From assembly GCA_040357565.1 (NCBI GenBank), contig JBDODJ010000030.1: a stretch of 64,000 bases of DNA. One strand, written 5' to 3'. The notes beneath the pieces are model-generated. The model was not told the origin of the DNA. It ran no database searches and saw nothing but the letters and a program-made list of their open reading frames with translations. The stretch is from Cercozoa sp. M6MM. Taxonomy: Eukaryota; Protista; Endomyxa: Ascetosporea. Within the stretch, counting starts at the first letter, position 1, and each line of letters starts with the position of its first letter. Below are positions 25,011 to 37,576 of this stretch, piece after piece. The translations under genes were made by a program, and so were the position numbers.

Positions 25011-27169
25011 ATGAAACCTCACCGGATGATCGTTGCAGTTGTGCTGGCAATGCTCATGACGTCGTCTTCCGCGCTGTTGCGATTCGGAAAAAGCTATCGC
25101 AGGGAGCGGCAAGAACAAAGGCATCTCGAAGAACCTATGGAAACGCGACAACCTAGTGCTGCCACAGCGTTAGTTCCAATTCAGGTACCTCTGGAAACGG
25201 CACAGGCGAGTTTGAGTGGATCAGGTGCGGAAAAGGCTGAACTGGAACCTAAGGCGACCCTGGTCGACACAGACCGTGTGTGTGAGAAAATCTTGGCAGC
25301 AGAAGAGAAGCACCTGCGAACTGCCATTCCAGGAATAGGTGCATTTATATTGTCTTCCGTCTCTGGCAGTCTGCAACATAAACATAAATTGTCTCGCAGA
25401 AGCAGAAGAGGAAGAGGTGAACACACCAGTGTGGCTCAAGAATGCGGAAACTCGAGGCGGCGTTTACACCGCAATGTATGGTTGCCTTGTCAAGTTTTAC
25501 AGTATCTGATGAGATGGTAATGCTGGCAGGCAATCTCGCATGCGGTACTCGATTTTACGAGCGAAGCAAGAACTCAGCTTGTATTTGATCGGCGGGCGTC
25601 TGGCTTTCAAGATGTCAATCGGACCGGTTCTCCTGCTGTCAACAATCGACTTCTTAAGTGGTACCATTTTCACAACATACGGTAATGAATACGCACGCAT
25701 ACCTAAATGTTGTTCTTTAACGTGTAGGCACTGCCGACAGGTTTGCCCCTCAGCAAAGAGTCAAACTGATCGCAGCGATCGACGAGTGGCGCAATGTTCG
25801 ACGCGGTTTCGTCGAGCTTGAAAAGCAGTTGTACCCTTAAACTCAAACGAACTATTGCTGTAAGATATATCCTTCATGCAGATTTCTGCAGGAAGAAAAT
25901 TCACCAATTGCAGCAGCGGTTGCGAGAGAATCCAAAAGACTCCAAGTCAAGGAAGAAGCTAGAAAAGGTATACACAGCAGTGATGTAACTGCCTGGATTT
26001 GACATGACTCACTTGCTCTCTAATTCTCTGCAGTTGCTGAGCGCGTCGCAGTCAAAGATGTCCGCGAAAGAAGACGCAAGCAGACTTGGGGGTCTGCGTG
26101 AACAACTCGGGTACTGCAATTGAAAGAATGAATTAAATGCGCACTAGTGCAAGGAAAGAGGACATACATGTGTTGACAGAGAACTTTCAAACAATACCGA
26201 ACAAGCGCGTCGTCGAATATACGAAATCGGCAAAGAAGGCAGTCTCTCTCAGAAGGCAATCGACGAGATTATGCAAATTTCGCTTCTCGCTGCTTCTGCT
26301 GGTTCAGTTTGAACTGGAGTCGTGAATGTGCAGAGCAGAGTTCATCGAACGGCAGGACGATCTTCTTTCCATGAGCGAGACCTTGGGTAGTAGAGCTCAC
26401 GCTTTGTGGCTATTCGGCATGATAATTTCCTCGTGTCTTTCGTGTGCTTTAGACAACGCAAGCCAGGTGCTGGATTGCGTCAACCTCGGGCAGCAAGCGG
26501 TACTGTACTGATAATCTACAGCCTATTCCCATAAATTAATGTTTCGTCTCGGTCTCGCCAGGAACACAAGCCAAGTGCGTGGAAGACAATCAAAGCAAAG
26601 TGGAAAATACTCAAGCGCGCCGCTATTGTGAAGCCTGCCAGAAAGTTTAGGTACGGTTGTTGCCTTTGTGTCTCGAACTTTCAGTGCAGCGAAGCGTTGT
26701 TTTGGTTGCCATCTCAGGGAGTTTATAGACGCAAGAATCAAAGGTTTGCGCACGCGGCTGAAATCAATGGTTTGCGTGCTTTCTTTCGACTTTGCCGACA
26801 TGGCATTTTTATAAACTGCATGCGTGCAATGCAGAGCGAGTCAACTGAGAAGTGGAAAATGAGAGGAGTCGCCTTCCGCATCGGGCCTGGCCTCAGCTTT
26901 AAGGTACCTTCGCTTCCCTCAGTCAAAACTCAAAACCTTTGCTACTGCATACTGTTTGTACTGTCGGTCGAAGGTTCCAATGTTCGGAGGTTTCAGTTTC
27001 ACGATTATCGCGCAAATGTAAACTTAAATCTGAACTTTGCTGGTATGATGAAGAAAGAGGGGTGTGTTTTCAAAGGAACGTTCTTCGAGGTTCGATTCGC
27101 CCGCCGTTGAAGGTTGTCGAGGCTGCACTGGCCGTAGATTATCTTTCTTTCGATTCGGGATTCAGCTAA
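25011..27169 (+). CDS. Hypothetical secreted protein, multi-exon, coiled-coil segments
   Basis: Signal peptide MKPHRMIVAVVLAMLMTSSSA; chain of spliceable exons to TAA at 27169; some junctions unresolved. Confidence 0.55.
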
Positions 27170-28206
27170 GCTTGAAGCCAAATTCCTTCATGCACACAGG
27201 AGGATGAAAAAGAGAAAAAAGAACTGGAGGAAGAACTCGTAGAAGACGGTACTCAGGCTGTCATTCTTAATCCTACTACTATATATGCCGTGACGTAAGA
27301 AACTATGTATCAGAAAAGTTCCTGCGGAAACTTGAAGTCGAAGAACAGAAGGGGCTGAGCACCGGTAAAACAACGACAAAGCCTTGACTGCCCAGCCGAG
27401 CACCCGATTCGGTCGGAACGGGCACTTTGGGAACTACCACCGTAGCTGTGCGTTCACGTCAGTTGGTCCGGTGACATCGCGATGTAGTACGACGCGACTG
27501 GAGTAACTTGCGTTGACGCAACTGAAACGAAAACAGTCGCGTGTTTGATTCAAGTTCAAACTTGAAGCACCTTTTAAAACGCGTCAGCATGCACTACCAC
27601 TTCAAAAGTTCCCAAACATGCGCGGCACTATCTTTTTGCAAAAGCAAACAAAGCGGCAAAGGCTAAAGTCCAAGGTGGTGTAAAAATACACCGGGAAGAG
27701 AGAGGGGGCAGGGTGTCACATCGCGTGCCAGGCACTCATGTGGCTACCATGCAGACCATGCGGCATCCCACGTGTGCCAGAGTGTCACTACACTCGCCCA
27801 GCCACTCTGCACACAACACGCCAACTCGAAATGCCCAGAGCCGGGGCCCAGAGCAAGAGGTGTTTAGATTAAAGGTCGATTGTGTGCAACGGGGTTTTGA
27901 AACTGCACAAAACCCGTGACGCACCTCCCGCCGCGCTCTCGGGCTGCAACAAAAATCGAGTTTTGCAAAAAAATCAGTCACCCAGCGCGCGTTTCTCCAC
28001 ACCCGGCCCGGGTGATAAATGACCCTTTTGTATGCAGTTCTGGAACTTAAACAGCATTTTCCACTCGCTAGACTTTCTCAAACCTCTAATTGTACTCTGC
28101 AGAGGAATTCCCAGTATCGAAATACTGTAGCTTCTCTAGGTGAGCAGCCGTGTGTGTATCAGTGTACGAACGTGTACAGTAGTATGCTTAGTAGCACTAG
28201 CGACTG

Positions 28207-29534
28207 TTACTCATCATCTTGAGCGGCGCTCCTTGTCTGTCCAAGCGGTGAAGTATTTTTGTAACGGAGAAAAAGCAAGAGAAAAATGAAGCTGCACCTT
28301 CCACTCGAGTTTGAGCGACTTCCACGGCACGGAGCCTTGCTTGAGCAGTCGCTGTGCCTGTCGCTGCAGAAAGGCGGCCTCGTGCGGCAGCAGTTCGGCC
28401 AGTTCAACGTCCACCAGTGCCTCCGAGTCCTCCGAGTCCTCCGAGGGCGGTGTGTAACTCAGTGCATGTGGACAGAATGCCTGCAGAACACAATCATTGA
28501 CCTCCTTAACCATTAACCATCCTCTTTAACAATTAACCATCCCTTTAACAATTAACCATCCCCTTTAACCATTAACCATCCCTTTAACCATTAATCATCC
28601 CCTTTAGTCATGTACACCATTAACAGTAGTACCTCGGTAATTTCGATCAGCGTGGTCAGTTGTGCCGTGTTCAATTTGCGAATGGCGTTGCGCAGCGACT
28701 TGAGGTGGTGCCGCACCAGTTCCGACGTCGCTGACTGCAAGCGAGGATATGGGGGGTCGGGGAAATGGGGACAAGGGGGGGGCAAAACCATCAGCATCGC
28801 CGGCGAATGCGAGTGCGCGTCCTGCAGATCAAAACGCGTCCAGTGCGCCGGCGCTTTCGCCTTAGGTATCCTGTAGTCATGCAGAGATATACAAGGTATA
28901 TTAGAGGTGGCTACAATGTGGCTCCAAGATGGCTACAAGATGGCTACAGTCTCTGTGTACCGGTCAAACAAGGCAGTGAAAGTGGTGGCCAGTTGAATCG
29001 CCATCTGATACACTGGCGAGCCGGGCGCATTGAACACCATCTGGCATGGGGAGTAAAAAGGTGGTATAGCGGTGGTAAAGGCTGGTAAAGAGGGGTAGAC
29101 AGGGGTAAACGGGGGGGATAGACAGGGGTGAACATAGGATAAAGCCTGTACAGCATTGCCGCAGCAGAGTCGCACGTCCTCGGCCACCTGCCAGGCATTG
29201 TCGTAAGCACCCTGCTGCAGCTTCGACTTGATCGTCGCCAGGTCCATCGGCACCTGGATAACCTCGTGGTAGTGCGGCTGTCCAACAACACAAAAATTGA
29301 CCCTCCCTGTATTTTCCTAACCGTCAGGAGAAACGCACAATTCCCAAAGCTTCGGCATCGACTGGATCCGCAAAAGGTTGCGCCTGCAACATACACACGC
29401 GTAAAGCTCGAGCACACGCCCGTAGTACCTGCAAAACATACCTCTGGCCGTGTTCTCAGATGCTCAATGAGTGTCAGACAGTGCTCCAACTCACTTTTCC
29501 TGCCGATGCGCGGCACTACGGTCTCTGCCTCCAT
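28207..29534 (-). CDS. Bromodomain + extra-terminal (ET) domain protein (GTE/BET-like)
   Basis: AQPFADPVDAEALGIPHYHEVIQVPMDLATIKSKLQQGAY..EDVRLCCGNAMVFNAPGSPVYQMA; ET-like LRNAIRKLNTAQLTTLIEITEAFCP..VDVELAEL; may extend further 5'. Confidence 0.88.
28505..28605. repeat. Tandem ~21-bp repeat (TTAACCATTAACCATCCCCT-like) filling a bromodomain-gene intron
   Basis: About 5 near-identical units. Confidence 0.85.
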
Positions 29535-29820
29535 CTGCAAAAACAAGTGGTATCGTCATTCTCCCATCTGAACATCGAGTGGATCGGCATACTTAGACGC
29601 GTTGTAAACCAATTAATCACAATTACACTTGCCCTAGCACACGTAAACGCACCCGAGTGGCTCTCTAAAACATAGTATCCAATTTTCTTTTTGTTTACAC
29701 GGCGCTCGGACTTCTTTTTTGGCAGCGACTATGTTAGATGGTACTTCTACAATTTTTCGAGGTCTGACGCAGCGCAAGGTAACTCAAATGATGTACTAAA
29801 CCTAGTGCTATCCGTTAGAC

Positions 29821-30779
29821 CTAACCTCCCAGCGCCATGGCCGCAAACACAACAAAGAGCATCGACAACGAGAGTGCGGCAGCTGAGTTAATGTGTCCGC
29901 ACACGCCGCATGTCTTGCAGGTCGAAGCCTGGACAGATTTTTGTATTTTGTGAGTACTAGCAGCCTTGAACGGCAAACCATTGCAAATCAGCGAGAAAAA
30001 AATCTAGATTTAAATTTACCTTTCCACAGCGGCCTTCTCGGCACTGGTCTTTGGCCAAGCTGAGTCCCGTGTTTGCTTCCAGTCCCTGAAAATGATGCTC
30101 ACATTTTCGAATCAGCTTCTTTGGTGGAGCTCCGGAGCGAAAGCGACCTTGCTGTCGACGCAGTCACGACACTTCTTGGAGTCGACGTCAGCGCACTAAG
30201 TAAATCAAGGAGAGCGAGAATGAAAACCTGAAGGGGAACTGAAGGTAGGACTCATTTTAGCTGGAGTTTACCGCAGCGACGCCGCCAAACAAAGTCGACA
30301 TGGTAAACGTAGGAACAACGCAGTTTAGTACGGCAAAGGTCGTCGCGCCGCACATGGCCATGTACTTGCCATGGTACTGCGCTCAGTTGACCGGGTCCAA
30401 TCAGCCAAGCAAAGCCAAGCTCACAGGCACGAAAGAGAAAAAGGTACAAAAACGAAGTGGCTCGAGCACTGACAAGGAGCGTGTAGTCCCACTTTGTTCA
30501 GAAGGAGTTGCTCCGCTGGCGATATGTCACTTTTTGCTGTCGATCGCTGCCCATTTAAGTTTGCATTGGAGCTCAGCTAAACACCTTTTGAAGTGCAAAG
30601 TCAAAACTCGATTGTTTCACCGCAACTTTGGCGTAAAGCTCGGTTTTGGTGCTGTCAATTTCGTCCAGTGTTTGCACAATGCCTGCGAGGTCCGCTTCAG
30701 TGCAGTGGACGGCATTTTCATCGTTGCCACGAGCGGAACTGGCTGCCCACAAACGCGCGAGAGTCAAAACGAACTGCAT
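29821..30779 (-). CDS. Putative GPI-anchored cysteine-rich surface protein
   Basis: Spliced: MQFVLTLARLWAASSARG..CQCSSH..MCGA..NCVV..CADVDSKKCRDCVDSK..QCREGRCGK..CKTCGVCGHINSAAALSLSMLFVVFAAMALGG*. Confidence 0.65.
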
Positions 30780-31107
30780 CCCAAAGTCATAGACGTCCGC
30801 TTGTTTGCCCAGGTTCAGATTTATCGTGCCTCGAAGGTATCTTAGGACAGCAAGAGTTTGTCTTCATTGTGTCGGCGTGTGCTGTATTGCAAGGCACGTG
30901 CATGAATTCGCGTCAAACAAACTTGTGTCCGAAGTGGAACTCCGAACGGAAACCATTTTGCAGTTTTACTTAAGCCGTCGATACTTTATTCAATCACTTT
31001 GGTTATGGATCGAAAGTCCGACTGTTGCATCCGGATGAAGGTACTGGCTGCAGGTTTAAACATCGCGCACTCGCTTTAAACCACGATGCGAGGCTGAACG
31101 TTCAAAA

Positions 31108-34100
31108 ATGCGACCTGTGTTGCTTGCATTGTGTGCAGCTGCTAATGTAAGAGCTGGAGGATGTCAGAGTGGCTGTGATCGTATGCTTTCAGTTTACTTA
31201 TTTACACTCAGAGTTTTCTTTGACTAAATGCGACATTGCAGAAGTGGTGATCCAGCTACCACCGCCGCACGAAGAACCAACTTTGATTCCGATGCGGCCG
31301 CCTCCGGCGACGCAGTCGATGGCTGCACAGCAGTTGCACGCCTTCAATGTCTACGAGAGCACGGTAAACAGAGTCAACTTCAAGTCAGTTGCTTTTAATG
31401 AGTCAGTGTACCTGTGATCACTGCAGCAAGACGTCCAGAACGCGCACATACAGGAACAAGTAGCCGCCAATCTCGGCGGCTCAGTGCGACCGCCGAAACT
31501 AGAGCACCAAAGCTACTACTCTGCCGCTGAGCAACTCCATATTCACGTACTCCCCTTCTGTCTCCCCCTTTCCGTTTCTCTCTCTCTCTCGACTCCTCAG
31601 TCAAGCTTATGTGTGTCAGAGCCAAGCCTCAAAGGTGTCGCCACATGGACACTTCGACGCACACTCGCCCGAGTCCGAGGCGATCGAGTCGCTGAGTCGA
31701 CTCGAAATTCTTCAGCGCGGCCAACACTTTAGTGCCGACGATCTCATAAGTTCGTTTGAGCTGCCTTTCCTTGCTTTCCAACAGTAAGGAGTTTGCGCAG
31801 CCATCATGGAGTCGCGAAACGCCGCTGCTGGCAAGTCGCAGTGTCACGCGAAAATGCCGCTCGGCTTTCTCACCGTAGGTGATCCTTTCGAGCGTGCCAA
31901 TGGCGTGCTTCCACTTCTCAAGTTGGGTACCCGCACCTGCAGTGATTCTTGGGGACTGTGTTCGGTTCGCTGAAAGTGTGTGGGTTGCGCAGTGGCAGCA
32001 CCCCAAGCAGGCTGCGGCAAAGGAGCGGCAATGAAGTGGTCGGTGACGCATGTCGAAAGAACAGCATGGCTGCGAGCTGTCATTTCGGGCATCGTCGACC
32101 CTCGCAGCGCGATTCGCGAGCGAGTGCGTGCAGAGTGCCCTTTCATTTCATCAGTGTTCAAAACAACTCAGGGGAAGGGTTTACTGGAATGATATGAATT
32201 CAATTTACCTTTGTGAAGTGAGGACACCATGGAGTCGTTGTGCGACATCGGCAACCCTTTGGTGCGCCTCGAATTTGCTTTGGGGAATGTTGAATTTCTG
32301 TTTGCTCGACTCAAAACCTTTCGGTGTAGAAGCAAGTGTGTCACGACTGGCCGAAACAAGGACACTTGGTGTACGAGCATTTGGAACACGAAGTCGGCAA
32401 ACCTCCAGGTAGCTTCCTCTATGCGCACGCATCTCCAACACTAGCAGAAACAAGCATGCCAGCAGAAGAGGAAACGAGCAAGGTGGCGCATGAGTTTCAC
32501 AACCCGGAACACGGTGTTGAAAGTGCAGGCGAAGAGGAGGAGGAAGAGTCAGCCGAGGAAGACGACCTGGCGAAACTACAAGCTGATGCTCTTCCGCCTT
32601 CACGTTCCGGAAAGGAAGCAGGTACTAACACCGTATCCAGTAAACTGTTGTCTGGAGGTATATCATACTTGTACTCTCTTGGTGCCCAGGATGTGAGGGC
32701 GCAAGTGCAGGTGACACGACCGACTGCTGTGCACATCCAACGGACGCGATGACCGAGTCGCTTTTCTTGCTCAACGAAGGCACACTGTACGGCTTCTTGG
32801 CCAAGAGTAAGACAACCAAGGGTGACTGCGTCGGTATCTCCATCAAGCAGCAAGGCACTCTGGACGACACGCTGTCGCAGCGCCGGCGACAGCGGATCGA
32901 CGACGAGCGACTCCGCACGGCCGGGGATGCCGGTGTGGACGAAGGCGAACTCCGCGCCATGCTGGACAGGTCCGTCAGTATCTTCAGTGTGTCCGTTTGC
33001 CACATAAGTGGAAGCCATCCTTTGTGTCCCCGCAGAGCTGAATCGGCCGAAGAGACGTGTGCCGTGCGACTCAGTCTCGACTCGTCGAGTGACGACGTCG
33101 CGTGCCAGATGTACGCTGCCGACTCGGACACTGTCAGTGCCTGGAAGCACGAGTACGACACGGTAGTGTCTTTCATGCACACCCCACCTGAAGTAAAGTT
33201 GTCCCTTTTGGGTACAGGCCATCTTCGGTGCTACGGCAGGCACGAGTCGGTGCTTTGACGACTTGCATCAGTTTGCCTGTGCCGCTCCGGAAGCACGTCT
33301 CGGCTTTGGCTCGGGTCTACCTAGACTCTGCTGCTTCTCTCGTATACGAGCAGGGTCAATATACTCGTGTTGATATGTACAGGTGCCATGGCGCCACTGA
33401 CTGTTCGATCGCACTACTTTGCTTCGCAGTCAAGGTGAGTAACTATCGTGTTGGCTCGGTATTTGAAGTGTTTTACTCGTTGTGATATGACACACTGGGG
33501 GACAGAGCCAGTGGCATGCGAGACAAGGAGGACCGCGGTTTCTTAGTGGCGCAGTTTCGGGACGGTCATTGGACTCTTGCTGCTGCCGATGCCAACACTG
33601 GTACATTCTGGCATACATACCTAAGCGAGTATGTGACCCAGCACCGAGTGTCATCTGTACCTACTATGTGTAGCACTAGGAGGCAGCATACCAGGTGTAT
33701 TGCCGGCCGGACTGGATTCCAGTGCCACCGAGAACAACCGAGTCGGCACCTTCCCTGTCTATTTCGTGCCAATGGTACCGTCAAATTGCCTACACAGGGT
33801 ACCGATGACACAAGCAATGTGTAGTCCCCATTCGTGGTACAAAGACTGGTGGAACCGTCATCGATCTCGATGAGACATCGAGCAGCACCGACCGGGAACC
33901 TGGACCGTCCGACGCTGTCGTCGTCTTCTTGTTTCGAGTGGTACCTGACATGTGTGTATCTGTGCTTTCACTGTGTCGAGAAAGCTACCTCCCTGTACCG
34001 CAGGATGGATGACATCCGACTGGCAGAGTATGACTCGCGTTTCTTGCGCGAGTGGGAGCGCACCTTGTTCGAGTACCGCGTGCCGGCACTGTCGAACCTC

Positions 34101-34821
34101 CTGTCGGCACAACGTAAGAGTGACGAGCGCTTCACGACTGACAACCCACTCGGCACGAGTCCTCAGTGGGACCCTCTGCATCGGTACCTTCCTGTTTGTA
34201 CTACATCGGTCGGGAGGTGCCCCCATGTACGCACTGCCTGTTGTGCAGAGTGAGGTGCCGAGGCCAGAGTGCGGAACAACTGCTGGCCCACATGTGAGCT
34301 GAGTTTGTATCTAGTAGACTAGTACTGCACTAACTTGAGATCTAATGCAGGGTACACGAGCAGTACCTGCACGTGCAGGAGGGCGAGAACGGCATGGTTA
34401 CTCCCGGGCGCCGTTTCCACGACGCGAGCGAGGAGGAGCGCGCGCTCCCTGTGCACGTGACGCGACGCCAGTGGCTACAACTCGTCGCCACTGCCATGAG
34501 GAGAGCACAAGTGGTACTACTTATCTCTAGGCCTCCCGCACACCTGCACTAGTGTTTCGACAGGCTGCTGCATCTGCGACGGTTCTCATGGACCAGCAGG
34601 AGCGACACGACTTGAAGGAGGAGCGCTCCGAATCCACTGTCGAAGAGCGCACCACCGAGCGCTCCGAGCGCAGCGGCGAAGAAGCCCTGCCGTCATCCGA
34701 ACGCTCCGAGCGAAGCCCCGCGCGTCGCACCGAAAAGGCTCAAAGCCACTGCAAGTGGTACCAGATCGGCTGCAAGTTTCACGAGCGCAAACTCAAACGC
34801 AGACGCAGACACGCGGAATAA
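31108..34821 (+). CDS. Large hypothetical secreted protein (may be more than one gene)
   Basis: Signal-like MRPVLLALCAAANVRAG; many GC-rich exons; ends ..CKWYQIGCKFHERKLKRRRRHAE*. Confidence 0.45.
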
Positions 34822-35036
34822 ACACAAAAAATACAAGATTTTTCCTGTGGTAAATAGCGCATTGATCGCGGCCAGGAGGAATCCCTAGACTTGGGTGCTT
34901 ATTAGGCACGTACTGGAGCACTGACAGGCACGGATGTACCAAAAACAACAAAACAACAAAATCGCACGGAGCGCCGGGCACACGATTTTTTGATAGAAAT
35001 ACAAAAATCCACATTTTTCGGGATTTCAGTGACAAG

Positions 35037-35825
35037 ATGCCGATTATCGTCGACGGCAAGGACCACGTTATCGGCCGCCTGGCCTCGGTCGTGGCCAAGG
35101 AGCTGCTGCAGGTATTTTTCGCGTTTTTGCCTTATTTGGCGCGCAGGGCGCCCAAACGCGCTGTGCGCGTGCTCCTGTTTTGCTGGGACGAAATTATGCT
35201 CTGTGCCGCGTCTTGCGTAGGGCAAGTCGGTCGTTGTTGTGCGCGCCGAGGAGCTCATCCACGGCAAGCCGATCTACCGTGTGCTCGGTGCGTTGCTCTA
35301 GATGTTTTGCTGGTTGTGGCCACAATTCGGCCGCATCGATCTGTATTTGTTTTGATTGTTTTCTGTGTTCGTGCGTCCGCAGTCGATGAGCACTTCGTGT
35401 CGCGCAAGACGATGAACACGAACCCGCGTCGCGGCCCGTCGTACAAGCGCTCGCCGGCCGAGCAGTTCCGCCAGAAGGTGCGCGGCATGCTGCCGTACAA
35501 GACGTCGCGTGGCAAGGCTGTGTTCGCCAAGCTGCAGGTTGTCGTGGGCTGCCCGGCCCCGTACGACAAGCAGAAGAAGCTCGTCGTGCCGGCCGCCCAG
35601 CGCGTCAACTGCCTCCGCCCGTCGCGCGCCTACTGCACGCTCGGCGACGTGTGCGCCAAGCGCGGCTGGAAGTACCAGGCCCTCGTGTCGAAGCTTGAGG
35701 GCAAGCGCAAGGCTCGCTCGGCCGCTTTCTACAAGAAGGCCAAGGCTGAGGCCGCCCTTGTCAAGCAGGCTGAGGCCAAGCTGCCGCAGGAGCTCAAGGA
35801 CACGCTCGCCCAGTTCGGCTACTAA
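35037..35825 (+). CDS. RPL13A: 60S ribosomal protein L13a (uL13)
   Basis: [59 protein letters not shown]..GWKYQ; introns 35112-35220 and 35288-35382; strong codon bias. Confidence 0.97.
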   Translation: [262 protein letters not shown]

Positions 35826-36293
35826 GTCTACGGCTTGCGCTTCTTCCCGTTCTTTGCTTCTTGCGTCACTGAATTCTTCAAATATCCGGTATTGATGCTA
35901 CCCAAGCCTGGCAAAACTGCACAGGCAGCGTCCTACCGACCAAATTAAGCTGCCGGGGTCCGAATGCATCAACGCTGGACACATACATCAGCAGGCAGAA
36001 AGGACAAGGTAACCCAGACTGGTGCAGGAAACCACTTGGCTTCCACTTCCTTGGCTTCCTGTAAGACTCAACTATTTAGTCTAAACATCAAAGGCTTCTT
36101 GGACAAGCTTCACAATAAGTGTGCAGTCTTTAGACTGTCCATGCATGCAACTAAAAAAACAACCAGCTCGTGTTGCGTAGTGGCAATGCGTGTTGTGTTG
36201 TGGAGTGAGTTGCCCCAAGAGGCAAGTGGGCGATGTGACTCACTCCGTTGGACGCAAGTCGTCCGTCGCCGTCGCCGCCCGGCTAAAGGTGTG

Positions 36294-37522
36294 CTACGTC
36301 GGCGCTTGAACGCCGACTCCCAGACGACGTCGTGCCGTGTGCCGTCGTCGTCGTCTCCGCGATCCTGTAGCAACCATGACGTATCGATCGTCGCTGTCGA
36401 CGTCAGTCTGCCACTGTGTGACGCCCGAGACTTTGACGCGGAGGGTCGCTGGACGCCAACCAGGACTGAGACGAGACTGCTGCAGGGCGAACGTTGACGC
36501 CAAGGGAGTCTGCGTGGACGTGTAGTGAACGACCTCGTACCCCAATGACGCACGTTTGACGGCTTCGTGTCGCCAAGCTTCAACGTTCTTAGAAGACTGA
36601 ACTAACTAACTAACTAACATCTGTGTCAGATACACGTATGGCTTCAGTAACACGCGTGTTCGTCCAACCAATCGAGTGATACGATTGTGGCTTACACGCC
36701 AAAATACACAGCACGATGGATAGAATGGTTGGCTAATGAACGACAGATGACGCAAAAGTCCCTCTCCCTCGAATCGAAGGAATTAAATCATGATTGAATG
36801 ATCACGCGTGAGTGATCTCGGCAAGCAGCTCAATGTCGCGCTGGATGGCCTGGCAGCGTCGCTCATCGAATTCGAGGAACTCGGGACTGGCCACGAACGG
36901 GTACTACGCGAAACACGACGTGCCATGCGATGATATCCACAAAGCTACAACCACTAAAAGAAAGGGGACGATACCAGCGAGTTCGTGGCGACGAGTTCCT
37001 CAGCCTCGCGAAGCAGACTCCTGAAGACAGCGACAGCCGGATCGTCCAGCATTCTGTCGTCCTTCTCTGCAACAGCGGCACACAGGCGAAAATCGAATCA
37101 ATCCTTACAGCATAGCACAGGCAAACGCGAGTGTAGTTACCTAACTCAGGCATCACGCTGGCAGCAGAGGTGTCGGCAGCGGGCGACTTGAACGGCGTCT
37201 GTTGCAGCACTTGGTGCACTTGCTCCACTGCAGAGATCGAAAGACATGTCAGTATGCAAACGAGAGCTACCACAGTGCACTGTGACAAACACGTATGGCG
37301 AAAGTACCTGCCTCTGACCAGGTCTCCTCACCGAACTCTCTCTTAAGCGCGTTCGGCACTGCGCGCCTCGTTTGCGCACTTACGTTGATTGCGGTTTCCT
37401 GCAGAAAACATGCAGTGCACGTATGTTTCTGCAGAAGCAACAGAAGCAGTAATTCAGATACCGACTCGGTCGAGATGAAGACCTCGTGGAACAGCGCAGC
37501 TTGCAGCAGCGACAAGCCCGTC

Positions 37523-37576
<54 letters not shown>

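Noticed and set aside
27085-27110. tRNA T-loop-like GGTTCGATTC
   Set aside because: No T-stem pairing or cloverleaf; lies in a probable coding exon
35037-35825. Uninterrupted 262-aa ORF over RPL13A suggesting an intronless extended protein
   Set aside because: Two GT-AG introns (109 + 95 nt) sum to a multiple of 3; the conserved exon 2 peptide is in another frame, so read-through is coincidental
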